64,000 bases of DNA. It comes from an uncultured Gammaproteobacteria bacterium. Lineage in GTDB: Bacteria; Patescibacteriota; Patescibacteriia; Patescibacteriales; WJLG01. The notes under the pieces were generated by a model that saw nothing but the letters and a program-made list of their open reading frames with translations, was not told where the DNA came from and searched no databases. Position numbers and translations under genes: made by a program. The stretch lies in assembly GCA_964602485.1 (NCBI GenBank), contig CAZRQU010000002.1, positions 67,566 through 131,565 on the forward strand, given 5' to 3'. Positions within the stretch are counted from its first letter, which is position 1; each line of letters begins with the position of its first letter. This document shows, one piece after another, positions 41,088 to 49,172 of the stretch.

Positions 41088-42302
41088 TTAATTTACACTG
41101 CTACCCGCCAAAGCTCCAGTGCTCCAAGCTAGCTGTAGATTGTATCCGCCTGTTGGTCCGTGAACATCCAACACTTCACCGGCTAAGAAAAGATTATCGA
41201 TCATTTTTGACCTCATTGTCTTTGGATCAACTTCTTTTATATCCACCCCGCCGGCAGTAACAATAGCCTTGTCAAAACCGGCCAGGCCCTTTACCTCGAA
41301 TTCAAAGTTCTTTATTAACTTAACAAGTCTTTGTCTTTCTGCTTTGCTTATCCCGTTTATTTTTTTATCTTCTCGAACACCACACCTTTTCAAGATATGT
41401 GGGATTATTTTCTTTGGCAATAAAGCCTCTAAAGTATTTTTTATTTGCTTGTTCTTTTGCTCTTCAAAAAGGCTTAATATTTTTTTATCTGGTTCATCTT
41501 CTTCTGCTTGAAAGTCTATCTTTAGTTTTATATCTTTATTCTCTTGGTTCATTATCTTGCTTAGACCAAAAATAGCCGGACCACTTAAGCCATTTGCAGT
41601 GAAAATTGCATCACCCTGGCTTGAATTTGGCTTTTTTTGCCCCACTAATTCAAAGGCAACATCCTTAAGGCTCGATCCTTCCAGCTCTTCAACTATTTTA
41701 TCTTTTAGTATAATAGGTGCTAGAACTGGCTTAGGTTCTACTATGGTGTGCCCCATTTTTTTAAGCCAAGCATAGGCATCACCGCTGGAGCCGGTAGCCG
41801 GATATGATCTTCCACCAGTTGTTATGATAAATTTATCAGCCGTTACTTCTTGTCCGCCTTGAAGAATTATTTTGTTTATTCTCTTTTTTGAAAAAAATAT
41901 ATCTTTTACCGTGCTTTCTAAGTTTACTTTTACTTTATTTTTTTCTAAATTTTTAACTAGACATTCCAAAACATCTTTAGACTTATCTGAAACCGGAAAA
42001 ACTCTTCCTTTATCTTCTGTCTTTGTTTTAAGTCCGCAGTTTTCAAAAAAATTTACAACATCTTGGTTTGAAAAAGTATTAAAAGCTGAATAAAGGAATT
42101 TTCCATTATCGTAGACGCTTATCATTTTTCTTATATCTTCTTCGGCATTGGTGATATTACAACGTCCATTACCGGTCATTAGAAGTTTTGTTCCCAGTCG
42201 TTCATTTTTCTCAAGCAAAAGAACAGACAAGCCTTTTTCGCCTGCCTTGATCCCAGCCATTATCCCGGCTGGTCCCCCACCGATTATAACAAGGTCGTAC
42301 AT
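41088..42302 (-). CDS. HI0933/BaiN-family FAD-dependent flavoprotein
   Basis: 'DLVIIGGGPAG...NGRCNITN'. Confidence 0.8.
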   Translation of the reverse strand: MYDLVIIGGGPAGIMAGIKAGEKGLSVLLLEKNERLGTKLLMTGNGRCNITNAEEDIRKMISVYDNGKFLYSAFNTFSNQDVVNFFENCGLKTKTEDKGRVFPVSDKSKDVLECLVKNLEKNKVKVNLESTVKDIFFSKKRINKIILQGGQEVTADKFIITTGGRSYPATGSSGDAYAWLKKMGHTIVEPKPVLAPIILKDKIVEELEGSSLKDVAFELVGQKKPNSSQGDAIFTANGLSGPAIFGLSKIMNQENKDIKLKIDFQAEEDEPDKKILSLFEEQKNKQIKNTLEALLPKKIIPHILKRCGVREDKKINGISKAERQRLVKLIKNFEFEVKGLAGFDKAIVTAGGVDIKEVDPKTMRSKMIDNLFLAGEVLDVHGPTGGYNLQLAWSTGALAGSSVN

Positions 42303-42407
42303 GTAGTTAATTAGCGTGTTGGTTAATTAGGTACTTAGGGCAATGATAAATGATGGGCGATAAAAGATAAATTAAAAGGCTAAAAGTAAAGGCTTGCCCC
42401 AATCCAA

Positions 42408-42425
42408 TTATAGATCTTCAAACTT
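42408..42425 (+). repeat. repeat 'TAGATCTTCAAACTTCAA'; second copy at 43362..43379
   Basis: Exact 18-mer seen twice. Similar palindromes (cttgcctactggcaag / cctgcctatcggcagg) lie 12-17 bp downstream of the first copy and 51 bp upstream of the second. Confidence 0.7.
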
Positions 42426-42495
42426 CAACTGGCAAAAAAGCCTTAATTCCTTGCCTACTGGCAAGCAGGGAGGCTTAACTCCAGTTTTGATCAAT

Positions 42496-43263
42496 TTATT
42501 TTTTCCCATACGCTACCAAAACCTCTCCGTTTTGCGTGATGGTTTTATTTGTTCCGGCTATGGATAAAAAATTGTTTTCTACATCAGAGAGATATTCTTC
42601 TCTTTTCTTTGCACTCATTGCTAGGTAGAAAGAATTTGTTTTTATGTCTTCGATCATTTTTTTCAGATCAGTCTTGCTTTTGAACTCGACCTTTTCGGTT
42701 TTTACATCTCTGAATCCTAGTTTTTTTAAAGTATCGACAAGAAATTCATTATTATTTTTATATTTGTTCACAAATGACTTTATTTTATATTTTTTTCTCA
42801 ACTCACTGAAATTAATAAGATCTTCTTTATGCCTCCGCCAAAAAACAAAAAATATCCCCTCCGGCTTGAGCGTTCTTTTAATTTCTTTTATTGCCTTTTT
42901 GGTACTAAACCAATGAAATGCCGTCCCGGCGATAATTGCATCAAAGTATCCACTGTTAAAAGGCATTTCTTCTGCTCGGGTTTGTTTGTACTTTATTTTT
43001 AAAGATTTTTCTTTAGCGCTTTTTTTGGCCACTTTAAGCATCCCCTTGTCTGGATCACCGCCAATTATCACAGAATCCTTAAAGATCTTAACTAATGGTT
43101 CAGTTGATTTTCCAGTGCCACAACCAATATCAAGTATCCTGTATTTTTTATTGGGTCCGCCAAGTATCTTCGCCAGCAACTTATACACCCTAATATCATA
43201 TGAGCCGCGATATTTTTGGTAGTTTTCAGCAACAGCACCAAAAGATAAAGACCTTTTAAACAT
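42496..43263 (-). CDS. class I SAM-dependent methyltransferase
   Basis: 'ILDIGCGTGKSTEPL'. Confidence 0.75.
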   Translation of the reverse strand: MFKRSLSFGAVAENYQKYRGSYDIRVYKLLAKILGGPNKKYRILDIGCGTGKSTEPLVKIFKDSVIIGGDPDKGMLKVAKKSAKEKSLKIKYKQTRAEEMPFNSGYFDAIIAGTAFHWFSTKKAIKEIKRTLKPEGIFFVFWRRHKEDLINFSELRKKYKIKSFVNKYKNNNEFLVDTLKKLGFRDVKTEKVEFKSKTDLKKMIEDIKTNSFYLAMSAKKREEYLSDVENNFLSIAGTNKTITQNGEVLVAYGKK

Positions 43264-43326
43264 ATTAATAGTATCAATTTATAGTTATAAACCTTCAATT
43301 ATAAAATCCTAATTTCCTGCCTATCG

Positions 43327-43345
43327 GCAGGCAGGCCTGACCCCA
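43327..43345 (+). repeat. dispersed repeat family 'CCTGACCCYAATTCWAATT'. Other copies at 43446..43480, 44662..44685, 44751..44785 and inverted at 45484..45505
   Basis: Five or more copies in about 2.2 kb, with irregular spacing. Confidence 0.65.
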
Positions 43346-43361
43346 ATTCAAATTTACAATA

Positions 43362-43379
43362 ATAGATCTTCAAACTTCA
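43362..43379 (+). repeat. second copy of 'TAGATCTTCAAACTTCAA'
   Basis: Exact match to 42408..42425. Confidence 0.7.
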
Positions 43380-43477
43380 ATTATAGTAGAAATCTTATAA
43401 TTCAAGTTTGCCCTGTGAAATTCAGCGCTAGCTGAATATTTAACAGGGGCCTGACCCCATTATGACCCCAATTCAAA

Positions 43478-44443
43478 TTATAAGCTATTGATCCTAAAAC
43501 TCGAAACAATATCATGAAAAGTTTTTAGTGATCCTGACTTATCATCACCGCATATCTCCAAACCGAAGGTATAGAATCGTCCTGTTTTAGGCATGATCAC
43601 CCATTCAATATGGCAAGAAGTCCCTCCTTCCATGGAATTAACGAAAGTTTTATATGCCTTTTCTCCGTTTACGGTCATTTCTTCAAAGTCCGCCGGCCAT
43701 TCTGCAACAGCACTGCGATCTCTCATCCATTCTACCGGTGTCAGCCCTTCCGGGTTTCCCCATACACCCAAGGCGAAGTGTCCGCCACTATTGATCCTGA
43801 AGCTCGGATTTCCTTTAGTGCCTCTTTCAAATACTTGATCGGTTATTTGCACTAGACTATCATCATATTGAATACTATAGCCGTATTCTTCATTTTTATA
43901 GGTTTCAAGCTCTTCATCAACATCGGACACTTTCCTCATATTCCAAGGCTTTTCACTATCGATCGATTCGAAAATACCGCACGATATACCCATTCCACAT
44001 TCGCCGACTATTCTAAGGCGATTGTCCGAAAGCCACTCACCATATTCACTTCCGCTTTCTTTAGTATCATAAATAGCGTCAGACTCGATCTCGTAAACTT
44101 CAACAAACACATGTTCCCACCCTTTACTGCCAAGCATAATGAACTCATTATTTGGTGACAACTCTGCTTTTTCATAGCTTTTAATGTTTGCAATATTTTC
44201 TTCATCATCTGTTGAACTAGCTATTATTTCTTCTTCTCCACTTTCATTGATATAATAGACATCTCCATTTTCAATATATACACTTTCTTGGCTTTGTTTA
44301 TCTTGAATATTGCTAGTAATATCTTCAGTAAGATCATCTGCTTTATTTTGGCCGGCATCCATCAAGATGTCAGCATTTTGTTCGCCCATTGAACAGCTAG
44401 CAAGCAGAACAGCTGATAATAGGATAAAAAATGTTTTTTTCAT
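43478..44443 (-). CDS. lipoprotein, paralog of 38514..39245
   Basis: Lipobox 'LASCS' with a shared N-terminal cassette. The C-terminal region is Cys-containing and diverged. Confidence 0.6.
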   Translation of the reverse strand: MKKTFFILLSAVLLASCSMGEQNADILMDAGQNKADDLTEDITSNIQDKQSQESVYIENGDVYYINESGEEEIIASSTDDEENIANIKSYEKAELSPNNEFIMLGSKGWEHVFVEVYEIESDAIYDTKESGSEYGEWLSDNRLRIVGECGMGISCGIFESIDSEKPWNMRKVSDVDEELETYKNEEYGYSIQYDDSLVQITDQVFERGTKGNPSFRINSGGHFALGVWGNPEGLTPVEWMRDRSAVAEWPADFEEMTVNGEKAYKTFVNSMEGGTSCHIEWVIMPKTGRFYTFGLEICGDDKSGSLKTFHDIVSSFRINSL

Positions 44444-44480
44444 ATTGGTTGGTTAATTAGTGTATTAGTTAGTTAATTAA

Positions 44481-44509
44481 TTGAAGACTGTAGTTTAAAA
44501 ATTTATAAT
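44481..44509 (+). promoter_or_regulatory. sigma70-like promoter: TTGAAG, 17-nt spacer, TATAAT
   Basis: TTGAAG 44481-44486 and TATAAT 44504-44509. Confidence 0.45.
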
Positions 44510-44515
44510 TTGCTA

Positions 44516-44585
44516 ATTGCACTCTGCAATTTGCACTTTTGCTTAACCGCAGTCTCCTGCTAAGGCACTGCGACGTTTTTTTATT
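44516..44585 (+). ncRNA. candidate small RNA, about 70 nt
   Basis: Promoter upstream. Internal perfect hairpin aattgca-ctc-tgcaatt. Terminator ccgcagt...actgcg followed by T7 at 44547..44585. No ORF. Confidence 0.3.
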
Positions 44586-44772
44586 TTTCAGCACCACGGC
44601 CTTTTGGCGATAGTTTATGGCTATGTTAATAAACAAAAAGCATAAAAGATCAAAAAACAAGACCTGACCCTAATTCTAATTAAAACAAGAAAGAGAATAT
44701 TATATATAATCAATTTTCTACTATATCTTGAAAAACTTGACTTAATATATCTGACCCTAATTGACCCTAATT

Positions 44773-45213
44773 CTAATTCTTTTCTATTGCAAATATTGCC
44801 ATTTGCTTAATACTTGGAGGCAGATTTTCTAACACTTTTATTTCTTCGAGATTAAACCATTTTAAATCCTTACTCTCATGATTTTTTATAAAGTTAGAAT
44901 TATTAACAGTTCCAAGATAATAAGAACAATAATGATCATGATCCCCTACATTATGCAAATTAGCATGGAATGGCACAGCTAATTTCTTAATTTCCTCAGG
45001 GGCTTGATTAAGTTCACTAAAATTTATTAATTTTAAATTTAATCCTGTCTCTTCCTTTACTTCTCTTATGATTGCCATATCAGGGGTTTCACTTAAATCT
45101 ATATGCCCGCCTGGGAAAAGCCATTTGTTTAATTTTTTATGGCGCATAAGCAAAATTTTTCCATCTAAAACAATACATGCTCCAACAGTTAAATCGATTT
45201 TTTTTGTTTTCAT
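44773..45213 (-). CDS. NUDIX hydrolase
   Basis: 'GGHIDLSETPDMAIIREVKEETGL'. Very AT-rich gene. Confidence 0.7.
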   Translation of the reverse strand: MKTKKIDLTVGACIVLDGKILLMRHKKLNKWLFPGGHIDLSETPDMAIIREVKEETGLNLKLINFSELNQAPEEIKKLAVPFHANLHNVGDHDHYCSYYLGTVNNSNFIKNHESKDLKWFNLEEIKVLENLPPSIKQMAIFAIEKN

Positions 45214-45220
45214 AATAAAA

Positions 45221-45517
45221 TCACCTTTTATTGTATATTCTTATATGTTGCTCTGCAATATCTTTTTGTTCAGAATAATTTAAATCATGTAATCCTTGAA
45301 GAGAAAAACCATTATCTAATTTGTTCAAACAAAATACCAAACTGCCATAAACTAAATCAAGAACTTTTGATGGGACAACTGAATATCTTAGATTAATTGG
45401 TTCTCCTTCATTAATTATTCCTGGTAAAGTTTTTTCGAACTCAACTCTTTTTGAACTTCCTGATACTAATAATGTTTTGGTTTTGGGGTCAGGTCTTGAA
45501 TTATAAGGTTTTATCTC
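45221..45517 (-). pseudogene. about 98-codon open frame with no start codon, a possible gene remnant
   Basis: Hand translation is open from the stop at 45518-45520 to a TGA overlapping the NUDIX ATG. There is no ATG or GTG, and the only TTG is late. Confidence 0.2.
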
Positions 45518-45544
45518 TTATCCTTTATCGCTTATTGTTATCCC

Positions 45545-45563
45545 AAGTACCTAATCAACTAAG
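45545..45563 (-). repeat. inverted copy of the 19-bp repeat 'CTTAGTTGATTAGGTACTT'
   Basis: Perfect reverse complement of 1938..1956. The flanking 'taattggtt' is also shared. Located just outside the 3' end of gltX. Confidence 0.8.
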
Positions 45564-45570
45564 CAACCAA

Positions 45571-47073
45571 TTAACTAATTGAAGATTGAAGTTTTACGAT
45601 TGTCTCATTGCGCCCTAGCGCATCGGCCATTTCAAATGGGCTTGGGCTTGCTTTTTCACCTGTTAGCGCCACACGCATTGGCCATAAGTAATCACCATTT
45701 CCCCTATCATCACCAGCAGTCTGCTCTTTAATGTGTTCTATAGTTATCTTTTCCAGATTCTCTTTATTCCAGTCTTTTTCATCTACTTTCTCAAATAGCT
45801 CTACTAGCTCGGCTAGGCACTTTTTAGCGCCAGCAAGGTCTGATTTCTTCCATTTAAGCATTTCTGGGTCGATATTCAGCTCGTCTTTGAAAAAATATGT
45901 GGTCATTTCAGCTACATCTGGGATCAGCTTCATTCTGTCGCGGGCTAAAAGCAAAACCTTTTTTAAGAAGTCATCTTTTTTCTTATCAACATTACCCGTA
46001 AGTTCAAAATTCTTTTCCAAATACGGCCGGCAGATCTTAAGTAATTCATCTATATCTTTGGCTCTGATATGAGCACCGTTTAGATAATCCAGCTTTTCGG
46101 TATCAAAAACCGCCGGAGAGGTGGTTATATCCTCCATTTTGAATTTATCTATGATCTCGGCAACGGTCATCACTTCGGACACGCTTTCGCCGTATTCGGT
46201 TTCGCCCGAGTATGGCGACCAGCCAAGGAGAGCTATGAAGTTAAGAATTGCTTCCGGCAAGTAGCCCTTGTCTCGGTAATCTTCCACATTCACATCCCCT
46301 TGCCTTTTGGAAAGCTTGCCTCCGGTCTTGTTGAGTATCAAAGACGGATGTATGAATTTAGGTGGTTCCCAGCCCAAGGCTCGGTAAAGCAAAATGTTCT
46401 TTGGTAAACTAGCTATCCACTCCTCACTTCTAAGCACATGAGTGATCTCCATAAGGTGGTCATCTACCACAGCTGCAAATTGGTAAGTTGGAATACCGTT
46501 TGATTTTATAAGCACATGATCATCTAGTTCTTCAGCTTGGAATTTAAGCTCACCGCGAAGTTCGTCATTTACTACCACTTCCCCGCTTTCCGGCATTGCT
46601 TGGCGTATTACGGCCTTTTCTCCGGCTTCTATGCGCTTTTTGGCCTCTTCTAAGCTAACTTTTTTACAAACACGGTCGTATCTTGGCGCTTTTTTAGCCG
46701 CCTGTTGCTCGTCTCGCATTTCTTGCAATCTTTGGGGAGTGCAGAAGCAATAATAAGCTTTACCCTCTTCTATGAGTTGTTCAGCATATTTTTTATATAT
46801 ATCTAGTCTTTCGGTTTGAATATATGGCCCAAAATCACCACCAATTCCAGCCCCTTCATCAAATTCGATACCGCACCACTTCATAATATCAAGTAGTCTT
46901 GGCACCGCATCTTCCACGGCTCTTTTTTGGTCGGTGTCCTCTACTCTAAGAATCAATTTGCCATTATATTTCTTAGCGATCAGGTGATCAAAAAAGGCAT
47001 TTCTCAGGTTGCCGATGTGTAAATATCCGGTTGGAGACGGCGCAAAGCGCACGCGTATCTGTTTTTCGCTCAT
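45571..47073 (-). CDS. gltX: glutamyl-tRNA synthetase
   Basis: 'RFAPSPTGYLHIGNLR' and a KMSKS-like 'KLSKR'. Confidence 0.95.
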   Translation of the reverse strand: MSEKQIRVRFAPSPTGYLHIGNLRNAFFDHLIAKKYNGKLILRVEDTDQKRAVEDAVPRLLDIMKWCGIEFDEGAGIGGDFGPYIQTERLDIYKKYAEQLIEEGKAYYCFCTPQRLQEMRDEQQAAKKAPRYDRVCKKVSLEEAKKRIEAGEKAVIRQAMPESGEVVVNDELRGELKFQAEELDDHVLIKSNGIPTYQFAAVVDDHLMEITHVLRSEEWIASLPKNILLYRALGWEPPKFIHPSLILNKTGGKLSKRQGDVNVEDYRDKGYLPEAILNFIALLGWSPYSGETEYGESVSEVMTVAEIIDKFKMEDITTSPAVFDTEKLDYLNGAHIRAKDIDELLKICRPYLEKNFELTGNVDKKKDDFLKKVLLLARDRMKLIPDVAEMTTYFFKDELNIDPEMLKWKKSDLAGAKKCLAELVELFEKVDEKDWNKENLEKITIEHIKEQTAGDDRGNGDYLWPMRVALTGEKASPSPFEMADALGRNETIVKLQSSIS

Positions 47074-47137
47074 ATTTAAGTTATTTTAGATTATTATTGA
47101 TATTTTTATATTATCACAATTTCCAAAAAAATAAAGG

Positions 47138-47172
47138 GCAAAATAAAATCCGCCCTCAATAAACTTGGGCGG
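47138..47172 (-). terminator. Rho-independent terminator
   Basis: ccgccc...gggcgg with a T-rich tract on the minus strand. Confidence 0.5.
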
Positions 47173-47240
47173 GTTTGATATATTAATAATTAAATATTAG
47201 ACCTTATTTAAAAATTTCAAATTTCAAATTAAAAATTTCT

Positions 47241-48455
47241 CTATTGTTCTTCTGTTTTTACATATTCATCAAAGCAACGCAAGAATCTCTGAGTGGCCCG
47301 CTTTCTGATAAAATGAACTTCATCTACCAGTTTTTCTGAATCCACCCATTTCCAGCTGGCATGATCCCAGAAATTTATGGAAATATTCTCATCTTTGCCA
47401 GTGAATTCAGCAATGAAGAGGCCTTGTTTCTGACCCTTGAAACCGGTATGTTTGCGTCTGGACTCGGCCCGACAGCTGGTTTCACCCTTACGAGTACCGA
47501 ATTTGTACTTATGTATATGCCTATAAGCGCGCTTGGGTATGAATTTGTCGCAATTTAGTTCTTCACGTAATTCTCTGGTTCCGGCATCCATCAAGTTTTG
47601 CCCGTCGCGTCCGCCTTGAGGCAGCTGCCACTCTCCTCTCTCGTCTTTTCTTTCCACTATTAATACCTTGTATTTATCTTTGTTCTTCTTATAAAGCAAG
47701 CAAGCGACATTCGGCCGATAAAAGAAAGGACGGAAGAACTTGTGGCGAAAGAATTTAAAAGGAAAGATGACCACAGCTCTAAATATCCTCTTTATTCTCT
47801 TCCGAGGGGCTATGATCAAGCGCCAAATCCACTCTAGGCCGATAAAACGCAATGCTTTCGGGGCTCTTTTGGCTCGGCCGGTAATAAAATCAAAGGACCC
47901 GCCGACCCCTAAAGCCACCCTTACGCCCTTGGCTCCTTTGACCGTATGATGTATGAATTTTTCTTGGTAAGGGGCGCCAAAATTAACAAAGACTATCTTA
48001 GGGTCGAACGCAAAGAGATCATCGCTTAATTTATTGTCTGTTCGGTTTAGATTCTCGGAAAAGAATTCCAATTTTGGATATTGTTTGCGAATGGCTTTAT
48101 CTATATCTCTTTTACTGGAAAGGCCTTCTTTCCAGTTTATTAAAGCCACCTTCACTCCTTTGTCCTCGGCCATTTTTAATATATCCCTGGTTAGATCGGC
48201 TCCGGTCACTCTTTTTAGATCGTTTCCGTTGAACCAAGAAGCTACTTTTAGGCCAAAGCCGTCTGGCAAAGCCAGGTCAGCCGAGTTGATTATGTAAAAA
48301 AGCTCTTCGTCATGTATGGCATCAAGAATTATTTCCGGATTGGGAGTAACCACCTGATTGCATTTTTTGGACCTTAAAAAATCCTCGACCTTGTCCAGGG
48401 CTTTCTTTCGATCCGTCTTTGATAGCTTTATGCCTAAAATATCTATTTTTTCCAT
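47241..48455 (-). CDS. WecB/TagA/CpsF-family glycosyltransferase fused to a C-terminal NUDIX domain
   Basis: N-terminus 'VVTPNPEIIL...LALPDGFGL...GVGGSFDFITG'. C-terminal Nudix box 'GGRDGQNLMDAGTRELREELN'. Confidence 0.7.
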   Translation of the reverse strand: MEKIDILGIKLSKTDRKKALDKVEDFLRSKKCNQVVTPNPEIILDAIHDEELFYIINSADLALPDGFGLKVASWFNGNDLKRVTGADLTRDILKMAEDKGVKVALINWKEGLSSKRDIDKAIRKQYPKLEFFSENLNRTDNKLSDDLFAFDPKIVFVNFGAPYQEKFIHHTVKGAKGVRVALGVGGSFDFITGRAKRAPKALRFIGLEWIWRLIIAPRKRIKRIFRAVVIFPFKFFRHKFFRPFFYRPNVACLLYKKNKDKYKVLIVERKDERGEWQLPQGGRDGQNLMDAGTRELREELNCDKFIPKRAYRHIHKYKFGTRKGETSCRAESRRKHTGFKGQKQGLFIAEFTGKDENISINFWDHASWKWVDSEKLVDEVHFIRKRATQRFLRCFDEYVKTEEQ

Positions 48456-48475
48456 ATTTTCATTATAGTCTATTT

Positions 48476-48513
48476 ATTAAAAAAGAAAAACCGCCCGCTT
48501 CTTAGCAGACGGC
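48476..48513 (-). terminator. Rho-independent terminator with G-U wobble pairs in the stem
   Basis: On the minus strand: ccgucugc-uaagaa-gcgggcgg followed by U-rich sequence. Confidence 0.45.
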
Positions 48514-48532
48514 CATAATGAGGATCACCCTT

Positions 48533-48880
48533 TTAGGCGATAACAGCGAGCGGCAAGCCCAAGTGATGGGATCTTGCTACTCTCTCATGATGAGCTATCC
48601 CCAGCTGTTCCCTAAAAGGATAAATGACATCGAATATTTGGCGCTCAGCCCAGTTTCTGGCTCTCCAAGCCAGACTACGCAGGAAGAAATAGACCCGATA
48701 AAGAACTTGAACGCAATCATCATAGAATGCCTGCAGTTCTTTGCGGTCGATGATGCTCGTTAGGAATCGGACCCTTCTTAGGTCTCTCTTTCCTAGAACC
48801 TCACCGCGGTCCAGCTTCCTTTCCAAATTCCTGATAACGCTTGGGATTTGAGAACTGAGAGAACGCCTTTCTTTTTCCAT
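48533..48880 (-). CDS. hypothetical protein, a GC-rich gene
   Basis: SD aaaggagagg upstream. GC is elevated. The overlapping plus-strand ORF is considered spurious. Confidence 0.45.
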   Translation of the reverse strand: MEKERRSLSSQIPSVIRNLERKLDRGEVLGKRDLRRVRFLTSIIDRKELQAFYDDCVQVLYRVYFFLRSLAWRARNWAERQIFDVIYPFREQLGIAHHERVARSHHLGLPLAVIA

Positions 48881-48964
48881 AAGCGCATACCTCTCCTTTC
48901 TGGGGGTTTGAGTTAAAAAAACAAAAAAGGAACCAACTATTATACTAATATTTTAACTAAGATC

Positions 48965-48987
48965 TGTCAATAATACGGCTATTGACA
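48965..48987 (+). promoter_or_regulatory. perfect palindrome TGTCAATA-N7-TATTGACA overlapping the -35
   Basis: Inverted 8-mers at 48965-48972 and 48980-48987. Confidence 0.5.
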
Positions 48988-49012
48988 AAGAGGGTGTTCA
49001 TAGGTTATATTT
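48982..49012 (+). promoter_or_regulatory. sigma70-like promoter for clpB: TTGACA, 17-nt spacer, TTATAT/TATATT
   Basis: Consensus -35 and a near-consensus -10. Confidence 0.55.
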
Positions 49013-49015
49013 AAG

Positions 49016-49042
49016 TTAGCACTCTTAACTAAAGACTGCTAA
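49016..49042 (+). promoter_or_regulatory. CIRCE element (HrcA operator): TTAGCACTC-N9-GACTGCTAA
   Basis: Matches the CIRCE consensus TTAGCACTC-N9-GAGTGCTAA at 17 of 18 positions. It lies just downstream of the promoter and upstream of clpB. Confidence 0.7.
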
Positions 49043-49069
49043 TTCAACGGTATGCAGTATGTGGTATGT

Positions 49070-49083
49070 GGTATTCAGTATAT
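49070..49083 (+). repeat. 14-bp inverted repeat arm GGTATTCAGTATAT. Partner at 49132..49145, and a third copy of the 12-mer core at 61386..61397
   Basis: Perfect inverted repeat within the clpB leader. Confidence 0.6.
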
Positions 49084-49172
49084 AGACAAATTATTTAAAA
49101 ACCACCACCTTCCCTATTGAATTTTATAATAATATACTGAATACCAGATACTAAATACTAAACACTAAATAT

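Noticed and set aside
42496-43263. Methyltransferases as part of a restriction-modification system
   Set aside because: Both SAM methyltransferases (42496..43263 and 54121..55095) lack DNA-methyltransferase target-recognition and DPPY/NPPY motifs. There is no endonuclease partner.
43327-44785. Possible CRISPR array, given the repeated CCTGACCC... units
   Set aside because: Spacings are irregular (119, 1216 and 89 bp) and copies are degenerate or inverted. No cas genes are present.
48518-48763. Plus-strand 81-aa ORF overlapping the GC-rich minus-strand gene
   Set aside because: The minus-strand ORF has a strong SD and a matching downstream terminator. The plus ORF has neither.
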